DNA of 64,000 nt from an uncultured virus (IMG/VR IMGVR_UViG_3300011223_000001) (Duplodnaviria; Heunggongvirae; Uroviricota; Caudoviricetes). The DNA lies in IMG/VR virus record IMGVR_UViG_3300011223_000001, positions 186,001 to 250,000 of that record; one strand, 5' to 3'. Position numbers and translations under genes: made by a program. The notes under the pieces are model-generated. The model ran no database searches, was not told where the DNA came from, and saw nothing but the letters and a program-made list of their open reading frames with translations. Shown one piece after another: positions 1 through 12,090 of this stretch (positions are counted from its first letter, which is position 1; each line of letters starts with the position of its first letter).

Positions 1-3000
1 ACACCAGGCGCCTCGATTCGCAAACTGACCACGTCGAGCAAGAACACCCTGCGTGACCGTGTCACGGCCAAGTCGGTCCTCGCTGCTTTTGCCCGCACGG
101 CGCTGCCTGATGGCTACACCCGTTTGTTGGGTCTCTACGACGAAGCCCGTTTGGGTGTCCAATCCGTAGTCGACGGCGTTGAACAAACCGAATATGCCGC
201 CCTTGAGAAGCTGACCGAACAGTTTCAGGACCACCTGCCTAAACTCAAAGGCAAGGTCTCTGATGCAGTCTATGAGCGGATCAAACAGAAGATCGAAGAG
301 CGTAAGGACGATTATGCCCTGCGTCGCCAAATTGATCAGGCTCAAGGCGCCCGTAAACGCGGGGACTACGATGAAACCAGTGAAGGTGCCCAAGTTCAGC
401 AGATGCTGGACAACATGGAACTGGATCAACTTCAAAACGAACAGGCCAAAGCCGCAAGTGATGAAGAACACAATAAATTAGAATACGATATCCAACGGGA
501 CAGCATCCAAGCCCGGTTGGACAAAACACGTTTCAATTTGTTGAACCGTCACCTGGGCATGATTGCCGATGCCAGTCAGCGCAGCACCGCCTATAACGAC
601 ACCGTTACCTACCAGTTCCAGAAGAAAGCCTTGGAGCTGAACCTGCGCCAGTACTTGGTGCAGCGCAACCTGCTTAAAGTCGCCACTGACGGTCTTCAGT
701 TGCAACGAGAGGCGTATACCGCCATCGTGCACAACACGTCACTTACAGAAGAACAGAAGACGACCGAAGCTGAAAAGGCCAAGTGGCACCTTAAGCAGCA
801 GATCCGCAATCCGTTCCATCAGTTGCTCTCTAAGACCGCCGCCGATGCCGCTGCTAACTTCCTGCCGAACCTGTTTAACAACATCGGTTCGAAGACCGCG
901 GGTACCGTGCGTGGAACCGCCCAAGCGGGCACGGGTCTGCTGGGTATGTTGGTTAGTCGGCTGGCGCAAAACCCTGAAGAAGCCGGCGGGCAGATGCTGG
1001 GTGAAGGGCTGGCGCATGCCTTGCACAGCTACGTCATTCCATACGCGGCCCGTAAAATCAGACCGGCCGCACAGGCGGTTTCTGATCGCCTGACTGACGG
1101 GGCTGATAGCCGTATCGCCTACAACCTTGACAACATGGCGTCGATCGCACAAGACTTCGCCAATGACCCCAGCCAGTCCACTGGCATGCGGGGTAAACTG
1201 CAAGGTTTGGTGCGTGCTTTTGCGCCACAGTTCCGTGTCGATGACCTGGTCAAAACCGGGACTTATCAAACCATTGATAAGGCAGCGTCGTTCAACCAGA
1301 TGTCGCAGCGTTCGATCGTTGAGGTGATCCCAGGTTACCTCGCCCGGATTTTGCAAGAAACCCGGATGATTCGCACGGGTGATCACACGGTAGGGCGTGA
1401 GGTCTTCGACATCACACGCGGGCAGTTTGTCCAAGAACGCAAAGCCCAAGACAACCTGGCCAAGCGCATTGTTTCGGCTGGGGCTCGGCGTTCGGTGCGC
1501 TGGTCGTTGAACAATGCCACGGAACATTACGATGACGAAGGCGTCCTGTCACCTGAGGCTAAGCATGCGCTGGAAGAACGCCTGCTACGGGACGCCATGG
1601 AAGGGCGTCATTTCGATCCTGTGGCCTATACCAACGTCAACGGCTATGCCCCAGGTACCGACCCTGCGGTGTTGAACGAACTTGAGCAGTTCTTCAAAGC
1701 CAAGTTCAAATTCGATGCCAATGGTAAACTGACCAAGGATGCGGGTAACTACCGCAAACGTCAAGAGTACTCTCAGCGCTTTAACGAGCTGCGTGACACC
1801 GTACGCAGTCCAATCGCTGAAATCGAGCGACTGCTACGTTCGGGTAACCACACCGCGTTGCGTGATCTGGGCATCATCAAGACCGTTGAAGGTGAAGACC
1901 GGATCGACTTTGGTGTGCTTCGCGACATGTACCGCGACTTGGGTGATCCGAATGGAGGACCCGGTACGCCGCCCCCTGCACCACCGGGTCCAACCGACCC
2001 TATCTTCAAGAACCTACGCCGCAAGTTACGTGAAGCCAAAGCGTCTGCCCGCAAACGAGGTCAGCGTGTACGTCAACGGGCAGGTGGTCTGTCTGATGCG
2101 GTGATGGATAACCTGAACGAGGTGCTGCCTGAAAGCATGGCTAAGCTCGACCAGGTTGGGGAGCACGCACGCAATGCCCTGAATAAAGGCAAGGACCGGT
2201 TGGATGGTGCCGTCGATAGCCTGGAGGAGTTGCTGCCAGACGCTAAACCTGATCTCGGGGAACTGCGTTCACGGCTGGCTGAAGCCTTGTCGGGCTTTGA
2301 CGATGACCTGATGGACACCGCTGACATCCGGGCCATGGTGGCTAACAACCATTTCAAAGCCAAGGACAAAGCACGTGCCCTCAAAGAGCAGGCATCCGAT
2401 CTGATCGTAGCCGGGCAGTCTAACGTGGCGGTTAAAGCCGAAGAGCTGCTCAATGGTGACCTGATCGACGACACAACCAAGAAAGTCATCAAGCAGCTTC
2501 AAGACATTAAAGGTGAGGTCATCGACCGTACTGGCAAAGTCCGCTTGACTGCCGCGGAGGTGGCGAACGGTATTGTTACCACAGCCGATGGTCGTGTTCA
2601 TGACCTGCTCAAACACCTACCGTCTAACGTACCGGCCAACGTACTGGCAATGCTCAACAAACACCGCCTGAGCATCGGCAACTTGATCCGTAAAGAAGAC
2701 GGTATCATGAGCCGTGTGAAAGACCTGTACTTGGAAGGGGCTAACGACCCTATCATCAAGGCGACCGCCCTGCGCGCAGGTGAGTACATCGACGTAGCGA
2801 CCCAAAAGGTGCTGGAGACGGTCGATGACATCACAGGTGCAGTGGTACACCGAGCGCGACCCCAGGAAGTGCTGTTCACCGCCGAAGAAGCGGCGCATCG
2901 TCTGGTCGACAACGTGGGTAACCGCTTTAAGTCGTCCAAGCTGTTGAGTCGTCTGGCGTACCTGACGGGTAAACCGCTGAATGTGCTCGGTGGGGCGGCG

Positions 3001-6000
3001 AAGATAGCGTTGGCTTTGGGTCGCAAGACTGCCATGTTCTTCGGTAAGCGCCTGAACATGCTCGATGCGTACCTGCCGTTGGGTGAGGGGCGTGGTCAGC
3101 CGGTACTGCTGGCCAGCAAACTCAAACGCGGTGAGTACTACAACGCCGACGGTCGCGTGCTGACGTCTTTTGACGATGTACGTGATGGGGTATACGGTCC
3201 AGACGGTAACCTGCTGGTCAGCGAAGAGGATGTCGCTAACCTGGTCAACCGCGACGGTACCAAACACACAGCCGCTAAACAACGCAGCTGGTTGCGGCGA
3301 GCGCTTAAGAAAACGGTGACGGCGCCTTTGACAGTAGGTAAGTGGGCTGCCCGCAAATGGTGGGGTGGTACCAAAGCTTACTATAAAGGCATGGGTAAGA
3401 TGGCCGCCAACAAGCTTGGGCTCACTACCGCTAAAGCCGATAAGTACAACCAACAGTGGTTAACGCCAACCGACGGTATCTTGGGTCAGATCCTGGGTGT
3501 ATTGGACAAGCGCTTGCCTAAGGAGGAGGCACGCGAAGGCAGCTGGCAGCAAAAGCTTGAAGAAGCCAAAGCAGCAGCGGCCGCTAAGAAAGCCGGTAAA
3601 GCTCAAGAGAAGCGCGATAAGAAAATGGCCGGGGGTGGTATCCTGGCGGGCCTTAAGAACTTGTTCGGCAAGAAAAAGGACAAGGACGAGGAGGAAGACA
3701 GCGGGCCTAACATCGACATCAACTACGAAGGGGGTGGCGATAAGGAGGGTGGTAAGAAACGCAAAAAGGCCCGTAAGAAACCACCAGGGCGACTACGTCG
3801 CGGCTGGGACAAGCTGGCCAAGTCGCGTGTGGGTAAAGCGATCGGTCGAAACGGAGGCAGTGCATTACTGCGCGGTGCGGGTAGTGTAGCCAGTGGTTTG
3901 GGTACCGCTGCCCGTGTGGGTGCCAGTGCATTGCTTGGGGGCGTAAGCCTTGGTGGTATCGGCACTGGGTTGTCCGCCCTGGGCGGTGTAGCGGCGACGG
4001 CCGGTTCGGCTATCTTGGGCGTACTGGCCTCACCTGTAGTACTGGGTGCTTTGGCTGTGGGTGCAGCCGGCGCTGGAGGCTACTGGCTCTGGAACCGCTC
4101 CAAGCGCACCTCGGGTGAGTTCCGGGATTTGCGGATGCAGCAATACGGCATCAGCTCAACCTCCGACAAGCTCAAGGTGTTGGAACTTGAGGCCTACCTT
4201 GAACCGTACACGTCTAAAACCAACGACCCACAACTTAACATCAAGGGCACTGATCCGAAGCGCATCTTCGAGATCATGGACATTGACCCCAACGACCCTG
4301 AAGCCATTGTTCGGATGGCCACGTGGTTAGACACGCGCTTTAAGCCTGTTTATTGTGCGTGGATGCGGGCGATGTTCAACCTCACCCCACACGGAACGCT
4401 GATCAACGAGCTGGAAGATAAACTGCCAGACGCTGCCAAGTACGACTTCTTCACGTATGTGAAGGCTGTGCCTGAACAGGTCTACAAACAGAATGTCAAT
4501 CCGTTCGATGAAGAGCCTTTGGAGGTAGAACCTGCGGCGATCAGTGCGGCAATGGCGAAGCTGATCGACACCTACCGCGATAAAGCCAAGCGCAAAGAAG
4601 ACCCTACTAAAACGGCCGACACCCTTAAAGAAGGTGGCGTACCGGTTAAGCCTAATGTCGACAAACCACTGACGACTGAAGGTAAGCCTGTAAACAAACC
4701 TGAAGCGGATGATGGTCTGTGGTCTAAGATCAAGGCCGGGGTGTCATCGTTCCTACCCGGTGCAGCCATGGCTGGGTCCACAGGAGCGTTGATTGCCAAG
4801 GCCCGTGAAGGTTGGGCAGGCAATGCCTTCAAGCAGTTGGCCGGCGGTGCTAAGCTGGCGGCAACACCTGCGCTACTGGGTGGTTTGACGTTGGTCAGTG
4901 CAGTGTCGGCTGTGGCCAGTGCGTTCCGGGGCGACAAGCTGACAGCACTGCAAGCGATTCGGGTGCGGGCGTACGGCAAAATGTCGTTGGATGCCAAGAC
5001 CGCCGGTCAGTTGTTTGATCTGGAGGAGTTGGTTTACCTCGGCACCAAATACACCTCGCGCGGTCAAGCCTACTTTGAAGGTGACCTCGACCAGCTGATC
5101 GGGGACGGTGGAAAACTGTTTGGGGTGGATGTCACAGACGCTACTTCGCGCAAAGCACAGGAGTTCACCGGTTGGGTGTTGCAACGCTTTGTTCCTGTGG
5201 CACTGGCGTACTTTGCCAGTATCCGCAGTACCGGTCAGGGGATCACCCCTAGCCGGGTCGAATCAGCGTTTGATGACGCTGCTAAGCTGCGCATCGCCAA
5301 CGCCTTGATGTCGGCTAACTTTGAGGTTAACGGCGACAAGGTGGGTATTTGGAAAGCCCCAACCTTCTTTAACAACGGGACAGCTGACCTTGGGGCCCTG
5401 CGTGCTCAAGCAGAGGTTGAACTGCGTACGTTGAAAGACAACGCAGAGAAAGCCAAGCTTGCCTCCCCGGGTACCACAGTCAAAGACCAAGAGAACCAAG
5501 AGAAGGCCCAGCAAAAGACAACCGCTGAAAAGATCCTAGAGGGAGCTAAGAACTTCGGTTCGTCTCTTAAGGACTCGATTCAGAACTTCACCAGTGGCGT
5601 CTCTGCACAGGTGGGGGGCGCCGTCAACAAAGTCAAAGACTTCTTTGGCATGGGGGACGACAAGTCTAAGCCAGGTCCCAAACCTGCGAACTCAGCGTAC
5701 AGTACTGCATACACCCCAGGTGGTGCCATTGAGCCGAAGGGTAGTAGCTACTCAACCTTTGCTGAAGGTAACGGTGGCGTGTGGACACAGATCCCACTGC
5801 CTAAAGCCAAAACACGCGAAGGTGCAATGCCAACGCTGTTGGCCGTTCAAGCCATGACCGGTGCCGATGCTGAGATCCTTGCGACGTTCGCGTCGATGGA
5901 ATCGAACTTCGACTACGCGGTTAAGGCCAAGACATCTTCAGCCACAGGGTGGTTCCAGTTCATCAACTCAACGTGGGATGCCATGCTGGCAAACCACGGG

Positions 6001-6987
6001 TCTAAGTACGGCATTCCGCCGGACAACGCTGATCGCTATCTGCGTAAAGACCCACGGATCAACGCCCTGATGGGGGCGGAGTTCATCAAGTACAACTACA
6101 AGTCCTTGGCCAAGCGCCTGGGACGTGCACCGACTGACACCGACCTGTACTTCGCTCACTTCTTGGGCGACGTAACCGCTGCTGGGTTCTTGAAGCGTGA
6201 CCGCAACGCGATCGCTGCAAGCTTGTACCCATCCCAGGCTGCGGCTAACCGGAGCATCTTCTACAAAGAAACCGGACAGGCGCGAACCATCGGTGAGGTG
6301 TACCAAATCTTCGACAACAAGGTTCGCAAACACCGCAAGGGTGGTAGCGGTACCAGCACGACAAAAGCGCCTCTGGACGGCGGTGCAGGTCAACAGGCCA
6401 TCGACCAGAAAGCACAGCAGGCCGCCATGTCCGCAGACATGAAGCCTACTGACCAAGGCGTTAACGGCACGGTGGGCGTCAACCCACAGTCGACCAATCC
6501 TAACGACACACTCGCCATGGCAGCTGATAAAGCCGCGGCACCGATGCGCATGGGTGATGCGACGACACCTTCGGGTACGGCGCCAACCACAGCGTCTTCG
6601 GACACAGGCACCGCCAGTGCACCGTCCACGGCATCGGACAACAGTTCGGTGGTTGGGTCAGGTCAAAACCTGCCTGAACGTAAGGCTGCACTGAACGAGG
6701 CGTTGGTTAAGGCACAGCAGGCCGATAGGGCTGCCAGTGAAGCTAACCAACAGCGCCAGCAATTGGCGCAAACTTCGCAACAGGTGTTCCAAGACCAACT
6801 GGAGACCCAGAAAGAGATGCGCGATTTGCTTAAAACCATCGCGCAGAAGATCGGCACGCCGGTCGCCTCGGCACCTTTACCTAAGCCGGTCGAAGAACCG
6901 AAAGGTAATGATATGGGTAATCAACAACCGCGAGCAGAGCGTCGGCCAGGTAATGCACCGACACCTATCTCGTTCTCTCGCAGCTAA
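1..6987 (+). CDS. Giant virion tail-associated protein with C-terminal lytic transglycosylase (phiKZ gp181-like); 5' end lies outside the window
   Basis: Frame is open from base 1 (>2300 aa). C-terminal [34 protein letters not shown]...DLYFAHFLG resembles the phiKZ gp144/gp181 SLT domain. Central Gly/Ala hydrophobic segment and three internal repeats. Confidence 0.9.
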   Translation, partial: TPGASIRKLTTSSKNTLRDRVTAKSVLAAFARTALPDGYTRLLGLYDEARLGVQSVVDGVEQTEYAALEKLTEQFQDHLPKLKGKVSDAVYERIKQKIEERKDDYALRRQIDQAQGARKRGDYDETSEGAQVQQMLDNMELDQLQNEQAKAASDEEHNKLEYDIQRDSIQARLDKTRFNLLNRHLGMIADASQRSTAYNDTVTYQFQKKALELNLRQYLVQRNLLKVATDGLQLQREAYTAIVHNTSLTEEQKTTEAEKAKWHLKQQIRNPFHQLLSKTAADAAANFLPNLFNNIGSKTAGTVRGTAQAGTGLLGMLVSRLAQNPEEAGGQMLGEGLAHALHSYVIPYAARKIRPAAQAVSDRLTDGADSRIAYNLDNMASIAQDFANDPSQSTGMRGKLQGLVRAFAPQFRVDDLVKTGTYQTIDKAASFNQMSQRSIVEVIPGYLARILQETRMIRTGDHTVGREVFDITRGQFVQERKAQDNLAKRIVSAGARRSVRWSLNNATEHYDDEGVLSPEAKHALEERLLRDAMEGRHFDPVAYTNVNGYAPGTDPAVLNELEQFFKAKFKFDANGKLTKDAGNYRKRQEYSQRFNELRDTVRSPIAEIERLLRSGNHTALRDLGIIKTVEGEDRIDFGVLRDMYRDLGDPNGGPGTPPPAPPGPTDPIFKNLRRKLREAKASARKRGQRVRQRAGGLSDAVMDNLNEVLPESMAKLDQVGEHARNALNKGKDRLDGAVDSLEELLPDAKPDLGELRSRLAEALSGFDDDLMDTADIRAMVANNHFKAKDKARALKEQASDLIVAGQSNVAVKAEELLNGDLIDDTTKKVIKQLQDIKGEVIDRTGKVRLTAAEVANGIVTTADGRVHDLLKHLPSNVPANVLAMLNKHRLSIGNLIRKEDGIMSRVKDLYLEGANDPIIKATALRAGEYIDVATQKVLETVDDITGAVVHRARPQEVLFTAEEAAHRLVDNVGNRFKSSKLLSRLAYLTGKPLNVLGGAAKIALALGRKTAMFFGKRLNMLDAYLPLGEGRGQPVLLASKLKRGEYYNADGRVLTSFDDVRDGVYGPDGNLLVSEEDVANLVNRDGTKHTAAKQRSWLRRALKKTVTAPLTVGKWAARKWWGGTKAYYKGMGKMAANKLGLTTAKADKYNQQWLTPTDGILGQILGVLDKRLPKEEAREGSWQQKLEEAKAAAAAKKAGKAQEKRDKKMAGGGILAGLKNLFGKKKDKDEEEDSGPNIDINYEGGGDKEGGKKRKKARKKPPGRLRRGWDKLAKSRVGKAIGRNGGSALLRGAGSVASGLGTAARVGASALLGGVSLGGIGTGLSALGGVAATAGSAILGVLASPVVLGALAVGAAGAGGYWLWNRSKRTSGEFRDLRMQQYGISSTSDKLKVLELEAYLEPYTSKTNDPQLNIKGTDPKRIFEIMDIDPNDPEAIVRMATWLDTRFKPVYCAWMRAMFNLTPHGTLINELEDKLPDAAKYDFFTYVKAVPEQVYKQNVNPFDEEPLEVEPAAISAAMAKLIDTYRDKAKRKEDPTKTADTLKEGGVPVKPNVDKPLTTEGKPVNKPEADDGLWSKIKAGVSSFLPGAAMAGSTGALIAKAREGWAGNAFKQLAGGAKLAATPALLGGLTLVSAVSAVASAFRGDKLTALQAIRVRAYGKMSLDAKTAGQLFDLEELVYLGTKYTSRGQAYFEGDLDQLIGDGGKLFGVDVTDATSRKAQEFTGWVLQRFVPVALAYFASIRSTGQGITPSRVESAFDDAAKLRIANALMSANFEVNGDKVGIWKAPTFFNNGTADLGALRAQAEVELRTLKDNAEKAKLASPGTTVKDQENQEKAQQKTTAEKILEGAKNFGSSLKDSIQNFTSGVSAQVGGAVNKVKDFFGMGDDKSKPGPKPANSAYSTAYTPGGAIEPKGSSYSTFAEGNGGVWTQIPLPKAKTREGAMPTLLAVQAMTGADAEILATFASMESNFDYAVKAKTSSATGWFQFINSTWDAMLANHGSKYGIPPDNADRYLRKDPRINALMGAEFIKYNYKSLAKRLGRAPTDTDLYFAHFLGDVTAAGFLKRDRNAIAASLYPSQAAANRSIFYKETGQARTIGEVYQIFDNKVRKHRKGGSGTSTTKAPLDGGAGQQAIDQKAQQAAMSADMKPTDQGVNGTVGVNPQSTNPNDTLAMAADKAAAPMRMGDATTPSGTAPTTASSDTGTASAPSTASDNSSVVGSGQNLPERKAALNEALVKAQQADRAASEANQQRQQLAQTSQQVFQDQLETQKEMRDLLKTIAQKIGTPVASAPLPKPVEEPKGNDMGNQQPRAERRPGNAPTPISFSRS

Positions 6988-6992
6988 ACCAT

Positions 6993-7025
6993 GCCCTCCT
7001 CCAACCGGGGGAGGGTTATTTTTTT
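6993..7025 (+). terminator. Intrinsic terminator
   Basis: CCCTCCTCC/GGGGGAGGG stem followed by a T run. Confidence 0.75.
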
Positions 7026-7040
7026 GTCCAGAGGTTTGCT

Positions 7041-9017
7041 ATGGCCGCAATCGATCGTGGTGGCATCTGGCTACGCCACGCGTTTCTTCTTCCTACTGAC
7101 GACAGTGCTAAGTCTTACGGCAGTAAGACGAAGCGACGCAATGCCACCTCAGCGGCATTTAAGTTCACCAACACCTCGTTAGGTGGCAACTACGCCATCA
7201 ACAACCCACCACAGTTCACGCGCTTTTGTGACATCCGTCACCCAGGCCGGGGACGCAGTAAGGCGCAAGCCAAATACGGGATGGGTCGCTATTACTCTGA
7301 AGCGATCGACGATACCCGTGATGAAATCCATGTCACAGTTGGTGTACCCCGGTTCTCCAGCTGGACCAGCTTTTTTGCCAACTTCTACGACCGACATGCA
7401 TCGCTCTTGGCCAACACCGGTCGTACCACCGATGCCTGGTTCAACCTAGGCAACATCGGCGGGCACCTGGTAACCTTGCCGTTCCAGCCGATCATCATCG
7501 GTGTGACGGGCGTAAGCCGGGTAATGAACTTCCTTTCGAAGTCACAACCCTCGAAGTGGTACTACTTTAAACCTTCGATGCATGCGTACTGGTCGGCGGT
7601 GAACACCATTGCCAACGAGTTCGCGATCGGTCTTGGGATCATCCCCCGTGTGTTCAGCGGCGGGCAAGAAGACCTGGAAGACCCTGGCAACAAAGTCACT
7701 GCCGCAGACCGTGAACGGTTTCACCGGATGTTCCCGGACCTGTTCCGTCGTGACGGCAGTATTGACGTTATGGCACTGGCGCTGCGCACCCAGCGCATGT
7801 CCAATGCCTCACAGGACTCGTTCAACAAACTCAACGCGGCGGCGACCAGTATCGACGCCATGCGGGCAGAGGTGGAGAAATACGCACAAACCACCCCGAC
7901 GGACCCGCACCCCGCTATTGACTCCCGGCAGTACTTCCTGGATTACATTGCCAAGGACAAACCGCCCTCAGCGGCTGACCTTACGGCCAATGAATCGTTC
8001 AGCTCGTGGTCGGAGCTGTCGAACGTCTATAGCTTTATCCGTGCCGCGCAGTACGACGGCAGTCAGTTTGTCACCTTCAGGGTTAACCATACCGGTACCG
8101 TCTCGGAGTCGTTTAGCAGCACCACCGAACAGGTGGGGGTGGCTTCCCAGTTGAACACCAAGATCAAAGAAGGGCGCTCTGCCAGCTTTGACTTCATGGG
8201 GGGCAACATAACCGATGTAGTGGGTTCGGTGTTCCAGGGCCTGAAGTCGGTGGCCGCTGGTGTGTTGAACTCGGTGAATGCGTCCGGTGTGGCGGTATTG
8301 ACCGGGGCCGCGTTCGTGGACGTGCCGGAGATGTGGTCGGGCTCGACAGCCAACCTCCCTACGGCCGAATACACCATCCCACTGCCGTGTGCGTACGGCA
8401 ACGTGATGTCGCGCTTTATCAACATGTACATCCCACTGGCAATGATCTTGCCGTTGGGACTGCCGCTGTCGGCAGGGCGTTCTGCGTACACCTCGCCGTT
8501 CATTTGCCAAATCTTCCAAAAAGGACGGGTGCAAAAGCAACTGGCGATTGTGGACAACATCACCATTACCCGTGGTACCGGTAATGTGGGGTGGAACGCT
8601 GAGAAGCACATGCTCGGGTGTGAGGTTAGCATCAGCTTCAAAGACCTCTCCAACGTCATGCATATCCCGATCAAAGGTGGCTTTGCTGACGGTTCATGGT
8701 TAGACACCGCTGTTAAAGGAACGGCTGTGCTGGCGGGTGAAACCTTTGGCGGTGACGCTGGGGAAGCACTGGCGCACATGGCCACCAACGGTGCGGTCTG
8801 GGATGAACAGAGCCTGTTCCAAGATTATGTTTCAACTTTGACGTCGCAGTCGTTTGCAGACACGTATTACGTGGGCAATAGGTTGAACCTGAATGTGACG
8901 CGCGCTATGCAAGACTTCACCAACTGGCGTAGCCCGTCCAACTTCCTGTCGTGGGCACTCGATGGGACGACAGCACGGACGCTATCTGCATTTGCACAAA
9001 CCACTGATCGTTTATAA
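7041..9017 (+). CDS. Putative virion structural protein (phiKZ gp182-like neighbour of the tail lysin)
   Basis: 658-aa ORF, GAGG SD; synteny with the gp181-like gene; [12 protein letters not shown] motif recalled from phiKZ-like structural proteins. Confidence 0.65.
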   Translation: MAAIDRGGIWLRHAFLLPTDDSAKSYGSKTKRRNATSAAFKFTNTSLGGNYAINNPPQFTRFCDIRHPGRGRSKAQAKYGMGRYYSEAIDDTRDEIHVTVGVPRFSSWTSFFANFYDRHASLLANTGRTTDAWFNLGNIGGHLVTLPFQPIIIGVTGVSRVMNFLSKSQPSKWYYFKPSMHAYWSAVNTIANEFAIGLGIIPRVFSGGQEDLEDPGNKVTAADRERFHRMFPDLFRRDGSIDVMALALRTQRMSNASQDSFNKLNAAATSIDAMRAEVEKYAQTTPTDPHPAIDSRQYFLDYIAKDKPPSAADLTANESFSSWSELSNVYSFIRAAQYDGSQFVTFRVNHTGTVSESFSSTTEQVGVASQLNTKIKEGRSASFDFMGGNITDVVGSVFQGLKSVAAGVLNSVNASGVAVLTGAAFVDVPEMWSGSTANLPTAEYTIPLPCAYGNVMSRFINMYIPLAMILPLGLPLSAGRSAYTSPFICQIFQKGRVQKQLAIVDNITITRGTGNVGWNAEKHMLGCEVSISFKDLSNVMHIPIKGGFADGSWLDTAVKGTAVLAGETFGGDAGEALAHMATNGAVWDEQSLFQDYVSTLTSQSFADTYYVGNRLNLNVTRAMQDFTNWRSPSNFLSWALDGTTARTLSAFAQTTDRL

Positions 9018-9031
9018 CGAGGAGCATCATC

Positions 9032-9280
9032 GTGAAACAAGCCCTGTTGAAATTCTTCCTGCGACAAACCCTGAGTCTGGTGCTGGCTGACCGCCGTGCA
9101 TCGGCATTGGCCATTGGCCGTGCTGAGGCAAGCTTCCTGGCCGGTGACAAACCCTTCACCCGTCGTGGTCATGTGTACCGTTTCGTCAAAGAACACGCAC
9201 CCACTGGCACCCCCAAGTGTTTGGTCGATGTCGGCACTGAAGCGGCGCAAGCGCTGGATGAGCTGTCGCGCAGCAAATAA
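9032..9280 (+). CDS. Hypothetical protein
   Basis: 82-aa ORF, GTG start with GAGGAG SD. Confidence 0.6.
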   Translation: MKQALLKFFLRQTLSLVLADRRASALAIGRAEASFLAGDKPFTRRGHVYRFVKEHAPTGTPKCLVDVGTEAAQALDELSRSK

Positions 9281-9348
9281 GCACCTGCTAGGTGAAAGGT
9301 ATGGGGCAACCTGTACCTTTCACCTTTATGCCTCTTTAAGGATAACCC

Positions 9349-9753
9349 ATGAGTGAACTCATTGAATGGCTGGACCAACATGGACCGGCAATGGCACAGC
9401 CCAGTAAGCTATCGTGGACACGGGGCCCACTAGATCCCGACAGTGGTGTGGCCGCGGTCTATGTGGTCGAAGGTATGGACTACAGCACCAACCCGGCGCT
9501 ACCTGAACCCATGAAGAACGAGCTGATGCTCGTATTTCAAAATGGGGTTGTACCGGAGCATGGCCTCAATGGGGTAACCCCAGAGCTGTTGTTGGAAATT
9601 CTCATCGACCGCTTCGAGGGTTACCAGGCGGGTCCTTTTGCCTGTGAAGAAAATGACGCAGCGCTTACTGGTATGCGTGATGCACTCGAAGCGATTCGTC
9701 GCCGACGTGCGGAACGGCAACAACGCGGCGTGTTGAACACACTGCAAAAGTGA
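9349..9753 (+). CDS. Tad1-like (Acb2/Tad1 hairpin family) immune-signal sponge
   Basis: FQNG...NGVTPELLLEILIDRFEGYQAGPFACEENDAALTGMRDAL...RRRAERQQRGVLNT aligns by eye with the Tad1 pattern FQKG...LLEIVRDRLKSFQAGPF..RENA.AL...RR...R..R.VLGT; AAGGA SD. Confidence 0.8.
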   Translation: MSELIEWLDQHGPAMAQPSKLSWTRGPLDPDSGVAAVYVVEGMDYSTNPALPEPMKNELMLVFQNGVVPEHGLNGVTPELLLEILIDRFEGYQAGPFACEENDAALTGMRDALEAIRRRRAERQQRGVLNTLQK

Positions 9754-9780
9754 TGGTTTGCGATTCGAAAGAATCTTAGG

Positions 9781-9797
9781 CCTATATCACTGACTTG
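9781..9797 (+). promoter_or_regulatory. Early-type phage promoter TATATCAC-N5-TG
   Basis: CCTATATCACtgactTG; one of nine spacing-conserved copies; resembles the phiKZ early TATATTAC consensus. Confidence 0.75.
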
Positions 9798-9941
9798 GTA
9801 ATCGGTGATTATCTAACCATGCGGCTGTTCAAAGGAACCCCAACCTTTATCCCGCACAGACAAAGCTGGCTGATCGACTCCAGAATCAAGGCCTAGAATC
9901 GATCTCCTGCGAACAGCTTAGTGTTTAGGTGATCTACCGAT
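9797..9941 (+). ncRNA. Candidate structured early RNA or structured leader (~145 nt)
   Basis: Long-range pairings 9801-9806/9936-9941, 9807-9816/9925-9934 and 9824-9830/9911-9917 enclose hairpins including 9873-9883/9893-9903. Confidence 0.6.
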
Positions 9942-10211
9942 GTCCACCCAGGAGTGCTTATGCTCAATGACCTGACCCTGTCCAATGAACGACGGTTTCG
10001 CTGGTTGGATTGTTACGATCCTGCCAAAGCGATGACGGCCCTGCAAGAAGTTTTCGACGTCTCACCATGGGCCTGGGGTGGTGAATCTACCCTCCGTGAT
10101 TCGTGGTACACAAACCGTCATATGCACAACTGGTTTAACAACGAACACGTTCCAATGGTCAGCGAAGAGTTGACCCCTACTAACAAACGAAACGACCCTG
10201 GAGTTACTCCC

Positions 10212-10640
10212 ATGACCGAAGTTAAAAACCCACTGGCCAAATCGATTGCCTACGCAGAGCGCCATGCACTGCGTGAAAAGATCACCCGCGCTGAAAACAA
10301 CACCATCCAGTCGGCTGACGATCTGTTCGAAGTCACCGCGGCGATGGACGCCGGCCTGACCATGGACCAAGTCAAGAAACTGGACAAGGCCCGTGGTGAG
10401 TTACTGCCAGCAGCGCTGATGATCGGCGGTGAGCTGGCTGAAGAAGCATTCCGTGCCGATCCGAATCTTTCGGAGACAGGCATGAGCTTCAACATGGGTA
10501 GCCACCAGAAGTTCTCGGCCATCTTCCACCGCGACGGCCCAAGCCACGTGACTGCTGTGGTTGAAACCACACACCGCTCGGCTGAATACGACCGTGTGCA
10601 CAAACACCTGAACGGCCTGTTCGAGAGCATCAACAACTGA
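10212..10640 (+). CDS. Hypothetical protein ending in the FESINN tag (alternative in-frame start at 9960)
   Basis: GGAG SD before 10212 and AGGAG before 9960; followed by a terminator. Confidence 0.75.
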   Translation: MTEVKNPLAKSIAYAERHALREKITRAENNTIQSADDLFEVTAAMDAGLTMDQVKKLDKARGELLPAALMIGGELAEEAFRADPNLSETGMSFNMGSHQKFSAIFHRDGPSHVTAVVETTHRSAEYDRVHKHLNGLFESINN

Positions 10641-10654
10641 TCTCGACGGCAGAA

Positions 10655-10690
10655 AAAGGAGCCTACGGGCTCCTTTACTTATTTCTTTTT
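10655..10690 (+). terminator. Intrinsic terminator
   Basis: AAAGGAGCC-TACG-GGCTCCTTT plus T-rich tail. Confidence 0.75.
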
Positions 10691-10715
10691 CACCCCAATA
10701 CCAAGAGAGAAACAC

Positions 10716-11990
10716 ATGTCCGAAGCTAAAATGGGTCACCTGGTCGCCATCGAAGGCAACAACGGCGTGGGCAAGTCCACCCAAGTTCAACTGGTGGCAG
10801 AGCTGCTGCGCGAAGCGGGCCACGAAGTGGTTGTTGTGGCCGAGCCCGGTGGTTCGGCACTGGGTACTGCCCTGCGCAAGATCCTCAAAGACCAGCGTGA
10901 AATCCAGCTCAACTACACGACTGAGCTGCTGCTGTTCGGCGCCCAGCGTGACGACATGTACCGCACGGTGATTCGTCCGGCGCTGGATGCGGGCAAAGTG
11001 GTGCTGGCTGACCGCAGCTACTTCTCCACCTACGCCCACCAAGTTCACCCCTTCCAGGGCGAGAACCCAACCATCCTGCAACTGTTCAACATCCAGACCA
11101 GCGTCAACATCGCTCACCTTGGCAACACGCCGCCGATCGTGATCAACCTGGACATGCCAGAAGCCGAGCGTCAAGCCCGCCTGGCAACGATCGAAAAACG
11201 CGAAGAAGACGCGTTCGAAGATCGCGATGCAGCGTACCAAGCCCTGGTGGCAGAAGGTTACGCACTGCTGGTCAACCAGCCGGGTGTCACCACCTTCGAC
11301 GCACAGTTGGACAAAGACGAGCTGGCAGCATTGATCTTCGACCAGGTGCAGGTCAGCATCAACCAGCGTATTACCGAAGCGGCCATCCTGCGTGAGCAAG
11401 CGGCCGAGCGCAAGCGTCTGCACGACGAAGCCCTGGCCCGCGGTGAAGACCCAGAAGCACAAGCGGCGGCGCAAGCGGCTGAAGCAGCCAAGGCCAATCA
11501 GCCAGAAACCCTGTCGTTCGAAGAGATCGAAACCGAGCTCAACAACTCGATCGATTACCACAGCGAACAGCTGATGCAGATCTACAAGGAAGACTTCACT
11601 CCCCACCAGGCTGAGTGGGAAAAGCACAAGGACAACCTGCGCAAGTGGGTGGCGATGCATGTGGCCGAACAGCGCGCCAGCGGCAAAGAGATGGATGCGA
11701 TGACCAGCCACCGTATGGTAAACATGATCACTGGTAACATCGGCCAGATGCTCGGTGCCTTCATGACCTTGGCCAACATCAGCGACATGGTCAAAGCAGC
11801 ACCAGCGGCGCCCGCTGTTGATCTGTACGAAGGCGAATCCAACACAACCCTCGAAGAAACGCAAGTCAAGGCGCGTGGTGCCGACGTGAACATCGGTGCC
11901 GTTGACGAAGCGTCCTACCGGGGTGATTCGGCTGAGTCCAGCTTCCCTGAAGCCGGTGCTCCAGCGGCGAGCGAAAGTAACCAGGCGTAA
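10716..11990 (+). CDS. tmk: Thymidylate kinase with long C-terminal extension
   Basis: IEGNNGVGKSTQ P-loop, EPGG, ELLLFGAQR, DRSYFSTYAHQ motifs. Confidence 0.92.
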   Translation: MSEAKMGHLVAIEGNNGVGKSTQVQLVAELLREAGHEVVVVAEPGGSALGTALRKILKDQREIQLNYTTELLLFGAQRDDMYRTVIRPALDAGKVVLADRSYFSTYAHQVHPFQGENPTILQLFNIQTSVNIAHLGNTPPIVINLDMPEAERQARLATIEKREEDAFEDRDAAYQALVAEGYALLVNQPGVTTFDAQLDKDELAALIFDQVQVSINQRITEAAILREQAAERKRLHDEALARGEDPEAQAAAQAAEAAKANQPETLSFEEIETELNNSIDYHSEQLMQIYKEDFTPHQAEWEKHKDNLRKWVAMHVAEQRASGKEMDAMTSHRMVNMITGNIGQMLGAFMTLANISDMVKAAPAAPAVDLYEGESNTTLEETQVKARGADVNIGAVDEASYRGDSAESSFPEAGAPAASESNQA

Positions 11991-12008
11991 AGCCAAACAG
12001 AAGTAAGA

Positions 12009-12025
12009 TCTATATCACCATGCTG
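12009..12025 (+). promoter_or_regulatory. Early-type promoter
   Basis: TCTATATCACcatgcTG. Confidence 0.75.
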
Positions 12026-12090
12026 GTATGTTGTACAACGTTGATGCGTCAATCAACATGGTGGTATCCCCAACTAGGAGCAATAGAAGA

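Noticed and set aside
10401..11996. 531-aa minus-strand ORF and many other long antisense ORFs (e.g. 20587-21456, 30520-31500, 31628-32524)
   Set aside because: They shadow well-supported + strand genes, lack SDs and motifs, and are expected from codon bias.
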